Positions 28,342 to 37,797 of a stretch of DNA of 64,000 nt are shown here, piece after piece. How positions within the stretch are numbered: position 1 is the stretch's first letter; the number at the start of each line of letters is the position of its first letter. The notes beneath the pieces were generated by a model. It worked only from the letters and a program-made list of their open reading frames with translations. It was not told the origin of the DNA and searched no databases. The DNA lies in NCBI GenBank assembly GCA_031581485.1, contig JAVLBA010000002.1:4226-68225 (forward strand). The letters are read 5' to 3'. This stretch comes from Desulfurivibrionaceae bacterium (GTDB lineage Bacteria; Desulfobacterota; Desulfobulbia; Desulfobulbales; SURF-16). Position numbers and translations under genes: made by a program.

Positions 28342-28671
28342 ATGGCAAAAACTCCAGAGTATCAGCGTAAACATATACGAACCAACTCCCTCAATCTCTC
28401 CTTTTTCTGCACCGACCCGGAGGACCACGTCCTGGCCCAGGGCATGGGGCGGACCCTGAACCTTTCCGAGAGCGGCATTCTCCTGGAGTCCACCACGCGG
28501 TTGGAACCAGGTCAAGCCGTTGATATGGAAATTGCCCTGCAAAACGATCTCATAAACGCCCGCGGCGTTGTGGCCCACTCCAGTGCAACGGACAGGGATC
28601 ATTATCAAACCGGTCTTGAGTTCACCAAGATCAGCAGCGCGGACCTGGAGATTCTCAAAAAACATCTCTAA
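28342..28671 (+). CDS. Single-domain PilZ protein (c-di-GMP receptor candidate)
   Basis: QRKHIR (RxxxR) and NLSESG (D/NxSxxG) occur at the spacing typical of PilZ. The start is either GTG 28333 or ATG 28342. Confidence 0.75.
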   Translation: MAKTPEYQRKHIRTNSLNLSFFCTDPEDHVLAQGMGRTLNLSESGILLESTTRLEPGQAVDMEIALQNDLINARGVVAHSSATDRDHYQTGLEFTKISSADLEILKKHL

Positions 28672-28692
28672 AAAAGAGGCCGGCACCCCTTT

Positions 28693-29475
28693 TCAAAAAC
28701 CACCAGGGAGAGAAACCTTGGTGGTTTTTTTATGGCCCCTTCTCTGTTCCGGCAAGATCCCCCTCTTTAGGGCGCCACCGGATGAATGGAACCAGGCCGC
28801 AGTGGCATTGGGATCAGAAAGGATCGGTCTGGCGCGGGGCACCTTCAGGGTTAGAGGTTCATAAGGGGTTGTCACAGCGACCAGACCCCGCCCTTCCAGC
28901 TTGACGCAAAAGAGGCCGCTGGCCATCACATTGCTCCCCTGGTTCCTCATCTTGATATCCCAGGTGATGGAATCCTCAAAGGCCAGCAGATCATTGCCAT
29001 TAACAAAGACGGCCTCCTGGTTGAGCTTCAAGATGGAAATCTGTTTGCCGGCATCAGCCAGAAAGAGTCGCCCCGCACCTTCGGCCCTGACCAGGAAAAA
29101 CCATTGGCCGGACAAGACTTTTTTGATAAATTTATAAATTCCATGGCCTAAGATTGAAGGCCGGGCCAGGATGATATCGCCATCCCAAGAAACCATGGAT
29201 CCCCTCTTGAGCCAGACCAGACCCCGAAGGGTGATCCGCAACAGACGATCACCTTCCAGCTCAAAAAAGCTCTGCCCTTGGCCGGGCTCAGGCGCCCTGA
29301 TCTCTTTGACAAATTGAGCTAGGGAGGAGTCTTCCTGTTCCGGAGGCGCTGCCCCATCCCCGCCGGCCGTCGGCCGGGGGATATGTTTTCCACAGGACAA
29401 ACAGGTGATTTTCTTACCACCATCCTTATCCACCACCGGGCGCTGCACACCGCAGTGGGGGCAATATAACTGCAT
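28693..29475 (-). CDS. AIM24/DUF124-family protein with N-terminal CxxC...CxxC zinc ribbon
   Basis: N-terminus MQLYCPHCG...ITCLSCGK, followed by an AIM24-like repeated beta pattern (LRITLRG.VWLKRGSMVSWDG...FLVRAEGAGRLFLADAG...GLFCVKLEGRGLVAVT). An AGAGGA RBS is present. Confidence 0.7.
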   Translation of the reverse strand: MQLYCPHCGVQRPVVDKDGGKKITCLSCGKHIPRPTAGGDGAAPPEQEDSSLAQFVKEIRAPEPGQGQSFFELEGDRLLRITLRGLVWLKRGSMVSWDGDIILARPSILGHGIYKFIKKVLSGQWFFLVRAEGAGRLFLADAGKQISILKLNQEAVFVNGNDLLAFEDSITWDIKMRNQGSNVMASGLFCVKLEGRGLVAVTTPYEPLTLKVPRARPILSDPNATAAWFHSSGGALKRGILPEQRRGHKKTTKVSLPGGF

Positions 29476-29603
29476 AATATCCTCTTTTTATCTCTGATAT
29501 TGCCCAAGGAACAAGAAGGCAGAATCAGCATCAGAAAGCCAAACCAGCCCGTTTTTCAGTCTATGCCATGCAACCAGCAGGTGCCACTTATTTCGATCTG
29601 CCC

Positions 29604-29632
29604 TTGACAACTCCTGCCCCTTCTAAGATATT
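29604..29632 (+). promoter_or_regulatory. Sigma-70-type promoter candidate for the outer-membrane protein gene
   Basis: TTGACA-N17-GATATT, about 50 nt upstream of the ATG at 29683. Confidence 0.4.
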
Positions 29633-29682
29633 GAACAATTCCTCTGCCTGCTGCACTTTGCAACCCTTACCAAGGAACATCC

Positions 29683-30369
29683 ATGAAAACATTTCCCCTG
29701 GCGGCAATAGCCCTTTTTGTGATCCTGGCCTTAACGGCCATGGCCCCTGCAGCCCGGGCCGCAGCCGGCGATATCGCCCTGGGCGCCAGAATAAGCAGCC
29801 TGGGAATAGGTCCTGATCTCACTCTCGGTCTTTCCCACCAGCTCAACATCAGGGTGGCTGGCCACTGGGGCTCCTATGATGTTGACGGCACCAGCGAGGA
29901 TATCGACTATGAATGTGACCTGGAACTCCTCTCCGGTCTGGTGAGCGCCGAATGGTTTCCCCTTAAGGGCCGCGGCTTTCATCTGGTGGCCGGCGCCCTC
30001 TTCAATGGCAATAATCTCGAGGCCAGGGGCGAGATCAGCCCTTACCGCACCTATACTCTGGGCGGCACCGACTACTCGGGTACGGATGTCGGCCGCCTGC
30101 AAGGAGATATAGATTATAATCTCGTTGCCCCCTATGTGGGCCTGGGCTGGGGTAATCCGGTGCACAAAGATTCCAAATGGGCCTTTTTCCTCGATCTTGG
30201 TGTCGCCTACCAGGGTGCCGCCGATGTCCGCCTGGACAGTACCGGCCCACTGGCCAGCGATCCCGAATTTCAGCGGAACCTGCAGCAGGAAGAAGAAGAC
30301 CTGGAGGATGACCTGGACCGGTTCAACTATTATCCGGTGATTGCCCTGGGCCTCACCTATAAATTTTAA
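29683..30369 (+). CDS. Small outer-membrane beta-barrel protein
   Basis: Signal peptide MKTFPLAAIALFVILALTAMAPAARA, alternating beta-strand pattern, and a C-terminal ...GLTYKF (terminal Phe). Confidence 0.7.
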   Translation: MKTFPLAAIALFVILALTAMAPAARAAAGDIALGARISSLGIGPDLTLGLSHQLNIRVAGHWGSYDVDGTSEDIDYECDLELLSGLVSAEWFPLKGRGFHLVAGALFNGNNLEARGEISPYRTYTLGGTDYSGTDVGRLQGDIDYNLVAPYVGLGWGNPVHKDSKWAFFLDLGVAYQGAADVRLDSTGPLASDPEFQRNLQQEEEDLEDDLDRFNYYPVIALGLTYKF

Positions 30370-30516
30370 AGCATCCTGCCAGCCCTTGGCTTCTTTTTTT
30401 TTGGGCAGCTGGCCATCCTCCAGTTTGACAGGTGCCCTGCTTTATGGTGAGATGATTTTTATCTTACCATATCACGCTATTAGCATCCCCATCTGCCCCT
30501 TTACAGGATTTGAGCC

Positions 30517-32136
30517 ATGGCCCCCTCTCCCGATCTCGACACCCTGCCCGCCTTCGCCACCCTTCAGGCCTTAAGCCACCAGCTGCCGGACCTGACAGAT
30601 CCGGCCCTCCTCACCCCGGACCGCCTCAAAAGCCACCGGAGCCACAGTGCCGGCTTTGACCTCTTCTATGCCACCCAGCGGGTGGATGAGCCCATCCTCA
30701 CCGCCCTCCAGGCCCTGGCCGACCAGGGTGGTGTTATTGAGCAGTTCCTGGCCATGAAAAGGGGCGCGGTGATGAACAGGATCGAGGGCTGGCCAAGCGA
30801 AAACAGAGAGGTGTTGCACACCGCCTGCCGTGATCTTTTTGGCGCTCCCCATGCCCCGGAGGCAACGGACCAGGCCGAGGCGGAACTCAAAAAACTTGCT
30901 GCCTTCCTCGACGATCTGGACCAGGGCCGCCTCACCAATGAACAGGGCCATTCCTTCACAGACATGATCCAGGTCGGCATTGGCGGCTCCGACCTGGGCC
31001 CCCGCGCCCTCTACCACGCCCTGGCCGCCTATAGCCGCCAGGGGCGGCAGATCCATTTCATCGCCAACGTCGATCCGGATGACGGCCTGGCCGTGCTCAA
31101 GGGCCTGGATCTCTCCCGCACCCTGGTCAATGTCGTCTCCAAGAGCGGCACCACCCTGGAGACCCTGACCAATGAGGAGCTGGTCAAGGCCGCTTTTATC
31201 CGGGCCGGTCTGGATCCGGCCCGCCATTTTCTGGCGGTCACCGGCCAGGGCAGCCCCATGGACGATCCGGCCAAATACCTGCGCTCCTTCTACATCTATG
31301 ACTATATCGGCGGTCGCTACAGCGCCACCTCCATGGTGGGCGGCGTTATGCTCGGGTTTGCCCTGGGCCTGGAAAATTTCCGCGAGATCCTGCACGGCGC
31401 CCGCGACATGGACCGGGCCGCTGAGGAGAGAGAGTGCAGGCGCAACGTGCCGCTGCTCCTGGCCCTGCTCGGCATCTGGAACCGCAACTTCCTGGACCGG
31501 GAAACCTTGGCCATCCTGCCCTACAGTCAGGGTCTCTGCCGCTTCACCGCCCATCTTCAACAATGCGACATGGAGAGTAACGGCAAGAGCTGCAACCGCC
31601 AGGGCAAACCGCTCTCCTACCAGACCGGGCCCGTGGTGTGGGGTGAACCGGGCACCAATGGCCAACACGCCTTCTACCAGCTCATGCACCAGGGCACGGG
31701 TGTCATTCCTGTGGAATTTATCGGCTTCCGCAGCAATCAATACGACGGCGACATTCTGGTCAAGAAAACCACGAGCCAGGAGAAGCTGACCGCCAATCTC
31801 CTGGCCCAGTCTCTGGCCCTGGCCATGGGCCGGCAGCACGACAACCCCAACCGCTTCTTTGCCGGCAACCGCCCCAACTCCCTGCTCATGGCAGACCGGC
31901 TCACCCCCTACAGCATGGGGGCGCTGCTGGCCCTCTATGAGGCCAAGATCGTCTTCCAGGGTTTCTTGTGGAATATCAATTCCTTTGATCAGGAGGGGGT
32001 GCAGCTGGGAAAAATACTGGCCAGCAGACTACTTGACCACATGGCAGGCCAGAAAGAGGATACTCAATATGACGGCAATAGCACGGACGCCCTGGGCTGG
32101 GCCCTGATGCAGATCACCGGGGTCGCCACAAGGTGA
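30517..32136 (+). CDS. pgi: Glucose-6-phosphate isomerase
   Basis: IGIGGSDLGP, VSKSGTTLET and ...QHAFYQL... blocks. 539 aa. Confidence 0.9.
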   Translation: MAPSPDLDTLPAFATLQALSHQLPDLTDPALLTPDRLKSHRSHSAGFDLFYATQRVDEPILTALQALADQGGVIEQFLAMKRGAVMNRIEGWPSENREVLHTACRDLFGAPHAPEATDQAEAELKKLAAFLDDLDQGRLTNEQGHSFTDMIQVGIGGSDLGPRALYHALAAYSRQGRQIHFIANVDPDDGLAVLKGLDLSRTLVNVVSKSGTTLETLTNEELVKAAFIRAGLDPARHFLAVTGQGSPMDDPAKYLRSFYIYDYIGGRYSATSMVGGVMLGFALGLENFREILHGARDMDRAAEERECRRNVPLLLALLGIWNRNFLDRETLAILPYSQGLCRFTAHLQQCDMESNGKSCNRQGKPLSYQTGPVVWGEPGTNGQHAFYQLMHQGTGVIPVEFIGFRSNQYDGDILVKKTTSQEKLTANLLAQSLALAMGRQHDNPNRFFAGNRPNSLLMADRLTPYSMGALLALYEAKIVFQGFLWNINSFDQEGVQLGKILASRLLDHMAGQKEDTQYDGNSTDALGWALMQITGVATR

Positions 32137-32140
32137 AGAT

Positions 32141-32175
32141 GGGCAGCAGGAGAAGGCCTCTCCCTTCTGCTGCCC
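32141..32175. terminator. Hairpin between convergent pgi and the lipoprotein gene
   Basis: GGGCAGCAG..AAGG-cctctc-CCTT-CTGCTGCCC. No clear U-tract on either strand. Confidence 0.35.
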
Positions 32176-32199
32176 CCTTTACACGCTGCTGTTTGCTCT

Positions 32200-32391
32200 T
32201 TAGATGGGGACCTCATCCACGACATCAGCAGCCTGGTCAATGGCGTCATGGGCGGTATTGCCGGCCACCGGGATAATGGAAATCACCGCCGCGCCGAGGC
32301 GCATGGGCACGGTGACAACCTTGGTAAAGAAACAGCCGCTGACCATCAGGGCAACCACTACCAGCATAAGAGCTGTTTTCCACTTCATCAT
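32200..32391 (-). CDS. Small lipoprotein (about 63 aa) at the end of the aro operon
   Basis: MMKWKTALMLVVVALMVSGC lipobox. A GAGGAGAG RBS lies in the 29-nt spacer after the aroA stop. Confidence 0.55.
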   Translation of the reverse strand: MMKWKTALMLVVVALMVSGCFFTKVVTVPMRLGAAVISIIPVAGNTAHDAIDQAADVVDEVPI

Positions 32392-32422
32392 ACCTACTCT
32401 CCTCTTTTTTTTGCCGTCAAAG

Positions 32423-33700
32423 TCAAGGCCCCTCATAGAGCCACTGAAACCGCTCCCAGAAGTCCGGAAAGGACTTCACCACACACTCTCTGTTTTTGAT
32501 CTTCACCCCGGGGGTCACCAAGCCAGCCACTCCGAAACACATGGCAATGCGGTGGTCGTTATAGGTGTCGATCTCAGCCCCGTGCAGTGCAGCGCCGTTG
32601 GCGGCCCCCTCGATAATGAGGGCATCCGGCCTCTCCTCCACCCTGGCCCCCATCTTGGCAAGCTCCGTGGCCACGGCCGTTATCCTGTCACATTCCTTGA
32701 TGCGCAGATGGGCGATATTCTTGATGATGGTCCTGCCCTTGGCATGGGCCGCCACAATGGCCAGGGTGGGGGCCACATCAGGGCAGTCTCCCATGTCCAC
32801 CTCCACGCCGCGCAGCTCCCGGGGACCCACCACGGTGATGCCATCGCCATAGTCGACGGTGCAACCCATCCGGGCCAGGATCTCCACCAGGGCGGTATCC
32901 CCCTGCAGGGAGGGATGCGGCACATTCTCCACCCGGACCCTGCCGCCGGTGATGGCGGCTGCTGCAAAGAAATAGGAAGCGCTGGAGGCATCGCCCTCCA
33001 CCTGATAGGTAGTGGCCTCATAGGCCTTGGGGCGGATGGCAAAATAATTGAGCTGGACGCTGGCCGTAAGGTCGGCGCCAAAGGCGCGCATCACGGCCAG
33101 GGTCATGGTGACATAGGGTTTGGAAGGGACCTGGCCCTCCACATGGAGAATGGCCTGGTGCCGGGCATAGGGGGCAACCAGGAGCAGGGAAGAGAGATAT
33201 TGACTCGATTTGCCCGCCGGCAGGGTGGTCTCGCCGCCCTGAATGCCGCGGGCCTTAATGGCCAGGGGCGGACAGCCGGTATTGTTGATGGAGCGGATAT
33301 CAACGCCCCAGCCGGTGAGGGCCTGGATCAGAGGCGCAATGGGGCGCTCCTCCATCCGTTTCTCGCCGGCAATAATAAAGCTCCCCTGGCCCAGGGCAAC
33401 AACAGAGGCGAGAAAGCGGGTGGCGGTCCCGTTGTTGCCCAGGAAAATCTCCTGGGCCGGGGTGACAATGCGGCCGCCGGTGCCCTTTATTGTCCACGAC
33501 TCCTTCCTCCTTATCACCTCGATACCCATGGCCTGGAGGGCGGTGGCCGTATAGGCGGTATCCTCGCTGGCCAGGGGGCCGATCAGGGTGGACTCGCCCT
33601 GGGCCAAGGCGGCGGCAATGAGGGCGCGCTGGGTGATGGACTTGGAGCCCGGCACCTTCAGGTCAAGATCAACAGTGGCCAGGGGGGTTATTTCGTGCAT
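32423..33700 (-). CDS. aroA: 3-phosphoshikimate 1-carboxyvinyltransferase (EPSP synthase)
   Basis: LKVPGSKSITQRALI and LGNNGTATRFL motifs. 425 aa. Confidence 0.95.
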   Translation of the reverse strand: MHEITPLATVDLDLKVPGSKSITQRALIAAALAQGESTLIGPLASEDTAYTATALQAMGIEVIRRKESWTIKGTGGRIVTPAQEIFLGNNGTATRFLASVVALGQGSFIIAGEKRMEERPIAPLIQALTGWGVDIRSINNTGCPPLAIKARGIQGGETTLPAGKSSQYLSSLLLVAPYARHQAILHVEGQVPSKPYVTMTLAVMRAFGADLTASVQLNYFAIRPKAYEATTYQVEGDASSASYFFAAAAITGGRVRVENVPHPSLQGDTALVEILARMGCTVDYGDGITVVGPRELRGVEVDMGDCPDVAPTLAIVAAHAKGRTIIKNIAHLRIKECDRITAVATELAKMGARVEERPDALIIEGAANGAALHGAEIDTYNDHRIAMCFGVAGLVTPGVKIKNRECVVKSFPDFWERFQWLYEGP

Positions 33701-33742
33701 GATTCCCGTCTGAAAAATTCAATTAATAAAAAAGGGGGCCTG

Positions 33743-34558
33743 TCAGCGGCCCAGGTTCGCCATCACTTCCCGGGCCATGACAGCCAGGGGCGCCGGACGG
33801 CCGGTCCACAGTTCAAACTGGGCAGCCCCCTGATGCAGGAGCATCTGCAGGCCGTTAATGGTGACACAGCCCGCCTCTTTGGCCTCTTTGAGCAGCCTGG
33901 TCTCCAGGGGGGCGTAGACAATGTCCATCACCACCGGAAAATCGCCTACCTTGTCGGCCGGCACCAGACTCCTGTCCGCCAGGGCCGCCATGCCCACGGA
34001 GGTGGCATTGACCACGGCAGCCGCGGCCAGACGGCTGATATCCGCCAGGGGATGCCAGGGGCAGGCCAGCTGTCTGGCCAGGGCCTGGCCCGGGCCGGGG
34101 CTGCGGCTGGCAATGGTGAGCCGGGCCCCAGCCTCCAGGAGACCAAAACCAATGGCCCGGGCCGAGCCGCCGGCCCCCAGGAGGAGGACCGAGGCCCCGT
34201 TGAGATCCATTTCTGCGGCCAAGGCCCGGTTGGCCCCCAGCCAGTCCGTATTATAGCCCTTGACCCTGGCCCCGGAGAAAACCAGGGTATTCACCGCGCC
34301 GATCTTAGCGGCCACCGGGTCAATCTCATCCAGACAGGCCATCACCGCCTGCTTATGGGGGATGGTGACGCTGACTCCCCGGATACCAAGGGCCTTGCAG
34401 CCGATAATGGCCGCCTCCACATCCTCCACAGGAAAGGGGACATAGACGCCGTTGAGGCCGGTGGCAACAAAGGCGGCATTATGCATGGCCGGACTGAGAC
34501 TGTGGCTCACCGGATTACCCATGATGCCATGCACCAGGGTGGTGCCGCTGATCTTCAT
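33743..34558 (-). CDS. aroE: Shikimate dehydrogenase
   Basis: GIMGNPVSHSLSPAMHNAAF and GAGGSARA motifs. The ATG at 34558 overlaps the aroD stop (ATGA). The longer track ORF N-terminus is rejected. Confidence 0.9.
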   Translation of the reverse strand: MKISGTTLVHGIMGNPVSHSLSPAMHNAAFVATGLNGVYVPFPVEDVEAAIIGCKALGIRGVSVTIPHKQAVMACLDEIDPVAAKIGAVNTLVFSGARVKGYNTDWLGANRALAAEMDLNGASVLLLGAGGSARAIGFGLLEAGARLTIASRSPGPGQALARQLACPWHPLADISRLAAAAVVNATSVGMAALADRSLVPADKVGDFPVVMDIVYAPLETRLLKEAKEAGCVTINGLQMLLHQGAAQFELWTGRPAPLAVMAREVMANLGR

Positions 34559-35253
34559 CGAACAAGCTCCTGGATGGTATGCAGCTCGGCAAGAGTGAGC
34601 TGGCCCGGGGCTGTGCAGCTTTGCCGGTCCGCTGCCGCATAGGTAAGGACACCGCCCAGCTCCAGGGTGGCGGCCCGACTGATCTTGCCGGCCTGGCCCA
34701 TGCAAAAGGCGGCCAGGGGAAAACGCTCTTTGGCGGCCAGGAGCTGGAGGCCAAGGACACGCAGGCAGTCGGTATGGTCGCGGGCCATGGTGACCATCTT
34801 GCCGATATCAGCACCGCTTTGGCACTGGCGCCTGAAGATATCGGCCAGCACCGCATCATCTGGCGTGTCGCTGAAATTATGCCAGGAGACAATGACTTTT
34901 GTTTCTGCCGAGGCGGCGGCAGCGAGAATCTGCCGGCGGCTCTCCACAGGGGCCAGCAATTCTATATCCACATAGGCGGCGCCGCTTTGTATGGCCTCCA
35001 CAAGCAGGGCAATGCGCGCCTCTTCAGAACCGTGCCAGCTCCCCCCCTCCCAGGAGGGGCGGTTGGTGAAGAGAAGCGGCACCTCAACACCTTCCACAAA
35101 GGGCTGCACTGCCGGGCGATCAAGAAGATCGAGACGGATTTCAACAAGATCCGCACTCCCCTGACAGCGGCGCGCCGCCGCAAGGGCCGCGGCCAGACCT
35201 GGCTCGGCAATGGAGAGACATATTTTCTGGGGGCAGGGCCGGGCACTATCCAT
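34555..35253 (-). CDS. aroD: Type I 3-dehydroquinate dehydratase
   Basis: ICLSIAEP....ADLVEIRLDLL...SWH pattern of type I DHQase. Operon context with aroE and aroA. Confidence 0.85.
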   Translation of the reverse strand: MDSARPCPQKICLSIAEPGLAAALAAARRCQGSADLVEIRLDLLDRPAVQPFVEGVEVPLLFTNRPSWEGGSWHGSEEARIALLVEAIQSGAAYVDIELLAPVESRRQILAAAASAETKVIVSWHNFSDTPDDAVLADIFRRQCQSGADIGKMVTMARDHTDCLRVLGLQLLAAKERFPLAAFCMGQAGKISRAATLELGGVLTYAAADRQSCTAPGQLTLAELHTIQELVR

Positions 35254-35401
35254 TTTTTTTCTCTTGTCTCCTGCCCTGTTTTAGAGGCATGATCATCTGA
35301 TAAGGAGGAAGGATTCTTCTTATTCCATCATGACCTGAAAGTCAATATTGGCGCCGCAAGATCCGGGGCATGGCCCCTGTCCCGGACACGGAGAACCGCC
35401 C

Positions 35402-35965
35402 ATGCCCCGACTCTTTATTGCCCTTGACCTGCCGGCAGAGATCAAGGCCGCCATACGCCTGCTCTGCACCGGCCTGCCCGGGGCCCGCTGGGTGCCGGAT
35501 GAGCAGCTCCATCTCACCCTGCGCTTTATCGGCGATCTGAACCCCTCGCGCCTGGCTGAAGTGAAGGGCCAGCTGGCTGAGGTCAGGGCCAAACCCTTCC
35601 CCCTCCATATCGAGGGAGTGGGCCTTTTCCCACCTGTCGGCAGGCCCCGGGTGCTCTGGGTGGGACTCAAGAAGAGCGATGCCCTGCTGGAGCTGCGCAC
35701 CGAGGTGGATCGCGCCTTGGGCCACCTCGACATCCCCCCGGAAAAGAAAAAATTCGCCCCCCATCTCACCATTGCCAGGCTGGCCAAGAGACCGGAGCCC
35801 CTCCTGGAGGCCTATCTCCTGGCCCACAACCTCTTCCGACAACCAGCCTTCCAGGTCAACTCCTTCCGCCTCTACTCAAGCATCCTGCGCCCGGCAGGCG
35901 CCGTCCACACCTGCGAGGCCGAATATCTCCTGCGAACGGATCCTCGAGAAGTGGGTCAGAGATGA
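35402..35965 (+). CDS. thpR: RNA 2',3'-cyclic phosphodiesterase (2H family, ThpR/LigT)
   Basis: Two HxT motifs (HLTLRF and HLTIAR). N-terminus MPRLFIALDLP. Confidence 0.85.
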   Translation: MPRLFIALDLPAEIKAAIRLLCTGLPGARWVPDEQLHLTLRFIGDLNPSRLAEVKGQLAEVRAKPFPLHIEGVGLFPPVGRPRVLWVGLKKSDALLELRTEVDRALGHLDIPPEKKKFAPHLTIARLAKRPEPLLEAYLLAHNLFRQPAFQVNSFRLYSSILRPAGAVHTCEAEYLLRTDPREVGQR

Positions 35966-36016
35966 AGCAGTTGGGTTGCCATACTCATCGCCGATAGTTC
36001 TGCACCACTGTTTTTT

Positions 36017-37213
36017 TTATGAATCCTGCCCATGGGGAAGCATCAGCACCACGGCGTGGGCGGCAATGCCCTCCCCGCGACCGGCAAAGCCCATCTTCTC
36101 GGTGGTGGTGCCCTTGAGATTAAGCTGGCTGGCGGCCACCTGACAGATCTGGCCGAGATTTTCCTGCATGGCCGCCCAGTGAGGGGCAAGTTTGGGCTGC
36201 TGGGCAATAACCGTGATATCGGCATTGCCCAGCCGGTATCCCTTGCCTCTGGCCAGGGCCATGACCTCTTCCAGGAGACGCAGGGAGGAGATGCCCGCAT
36301 AGGCCGGCTCTGAATCAGGGAAATGGCGGCCGATATCACCCAGGCCCAGGGCGCCCAGGATGGCATCACAGAGGGCGTGGGTGAGGACATCGGCATCGGA
36401 ATGGCCCAACAGACCACGCTCATGGGCAATGACCACCCCACCCAGGACCAGATCACGGCCCGCCACCAGGGCATGGGCGTCATAGCCGTGACCAATGCGC
36501 TCTCTCTTGTTCTTATGATCCATGGTATCCATATTCTGGTCTGTTTGGAGAAGGGCAGCGGCAAGCTGGAGGTCTTCCGGCCGGGTTATCTTGATATTGC
36601 GCTCCGAGCCTTCCACCACCACCATCTTTTCGCCCACGGCCTCCAGAAAGGCCGCCTCATCCGTACCGATAAAGTCCGGCCCCACCAGGGCCATGGCCCG
36701 GCGCAGGACCTCGGGCCGCATCACCTGCGGGGTCTGGGCCTGCCAGAGGGCGCTGCGATCCACTGTGGAGCGGATGACCCCGCTTACCTCCACATCCTTC
36801 AAGGTGTCCTTGACGGCCAGGGCAGCCAAGGCAGCGCCCTGTTCCCGGGCAACCTGCAGACAGCGACTGATCAGCTCCGGGGTGACCAGGGGTCTGGCCC
36901 CGTCATGAACCACGATGAATTCCGTCCCCGCCGGCAGGACGGCCAGACCACTGGCCACCGAGTCCTGACGCCGCCCCCCACCCGCCACCACCTGCCGCAC
37001 CTTGCGCAGGCCATGCTCAGCCACCAGGGCACGGGTGGCCTGGAGATGAGCGCCGGGCACCACCACAATGACCCCGTCAATAGCAGGGGTGGCCTCAAAG
37101 GCCCGCAGGGTATGCACCAAAAGGGGCACCCCCAGAAGCTCACAATATTGCTTGGGCAGGGCCAGACCCATCCGGCTGCCCAGGCCGCCGGCCGGAATTA
37201 TGGCGATGTTCAT
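36017..37213 (-). CDS. ispDF: Bifunctional IspD/IspF (MEP cytidylyltransferase / MEcPP synthase)
   Basis: N-terminal IIPAGGLGSRMG (IspD) and a C-terminal half with IGHGYDAHAL...GHSDADVLTHA (IspF). 398 aa. Confidence 0.9.
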   Translation of the reverse strand: MNIAIIPAGGLGSRMGLALPKQYCELLGVPLLVHTLRAFEATPAIDGVIVVVPGAHLQATRALVAEHGLRKVRQVVAGGGRRQDSVASGLAVLPAGTEFIVVHDGARPLVTPELISRCLQVAREQGAALAALAVKDTLKDVEVSGVIRSTVDRSALWQAQTPQVMRPEVLRRAMALVGPDFIGTDEAAFLEAVGEKMVVVEGSERNIKITRPEDLQLAAALLQTDQNMDTMDHKNKRERIGHGYDAHALVAGRDLVLGGVVIAHERGLLGHSDADVLTHALCDAILGALGLGDIGRHFPDSEPAYAGISSLRLLEEVMALARGKGYRLGNADITVIAQQPKLAPHWAAMQENLGQICQVAASQLNLKGTTTEKMGFAGRGEGIAAHAVVLMLPHGQDS

Positions 37214-37358
37214 CTCTTTCAGGTTCTCCGCTCAAAATATCAGCCGCTAAGGGGCCCTCAAACCACAAAGGCACAGAGACACAAAGGAGGGAAACCTCTG
37301 TGCCTTTGTGCCTCTGTGGTAAACAGCTGCCTTGTCGACAGCACGAAAATAAAAAAAA

Positions 37359-37703
37359 GTGGGCTATAAGCCGAATTCTGTACCAGCCCAAGGGCCGGCC
37401 ATGATCATTTCTCTAAGAATGCCGGTCGCCCGGCATCTCAAGCAACCTACCCGAAGGCACGAGCGGGCAGCCCTTAACGCCTTCCTATTTGGTCTTGCTC
37501 CGGGTGGGGTTTGCCCTGCCCCTGATGTCACCACCAGGGCGGTGAGCTCTTACCTCGCCTTTTCACCCTTACCCCCGAGGGGGCGGTATCTTTTCTGTGG
37601 CACTTTCCCGGGGTCACCCCCGGTTCATGTTATGAACCACCCTGCCCTGCGGAGTTCGGACTTTCCTCTGGCCGTTCAAGACGACCAGCGATCATGCACC
37701 CAC
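37359..37703 (-). ncRNA. rnpB: RNase P RNA, bacterial type A
   Basis: The minus strand contains GAGGAAAGUCCG (P4 5' strand), ACAGAAAAGAUACCGCC, GCAAGACCAAAUAGG and ACAGAAUUCGGCUUAU (P4 3' strand). The 5' GUGGGU pairs with the 3' AGCCCAC (P1), and a U-run follows the 3' end. The track ORF at 37359..37718 (+) is its translation artefact. Confidence 0.9.
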
Positions 37704-37797
37704 TTAAAACTTTTTTGATCAAGGCAAAAAAACCAGACCCCGATCAGCGAGAGATTGCCCGGCAATGGCCATGGGCCGCTGCCGGGCAATTTCGCCC

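Noticed and set aside
32204-34642. An 812-aa ORF on the plus strand spanning 2.4 kb.
   Set aside because: It runs antisense to three genes with unmistakable products (the small lipoprotein, aroA and aroE). Its translation is Gly/His/Ala/Arg-rich low-complexity sequence typical of the reverse frame of GC-rich genes, and there is no RBS. I treat it as a compositional artefact.
37359-37718. A 119-aa plus-strand ORF (MGYKPNSVPAQGP...).
   Set aside because: The interval is RNase P RNA on the minus strand, with the conserved GAGGAAAGUCCG and ACAGAAUUCGGCUUAU elements and P1 pairing. The ORF is a fortuitous translation of a structured RNA gene.
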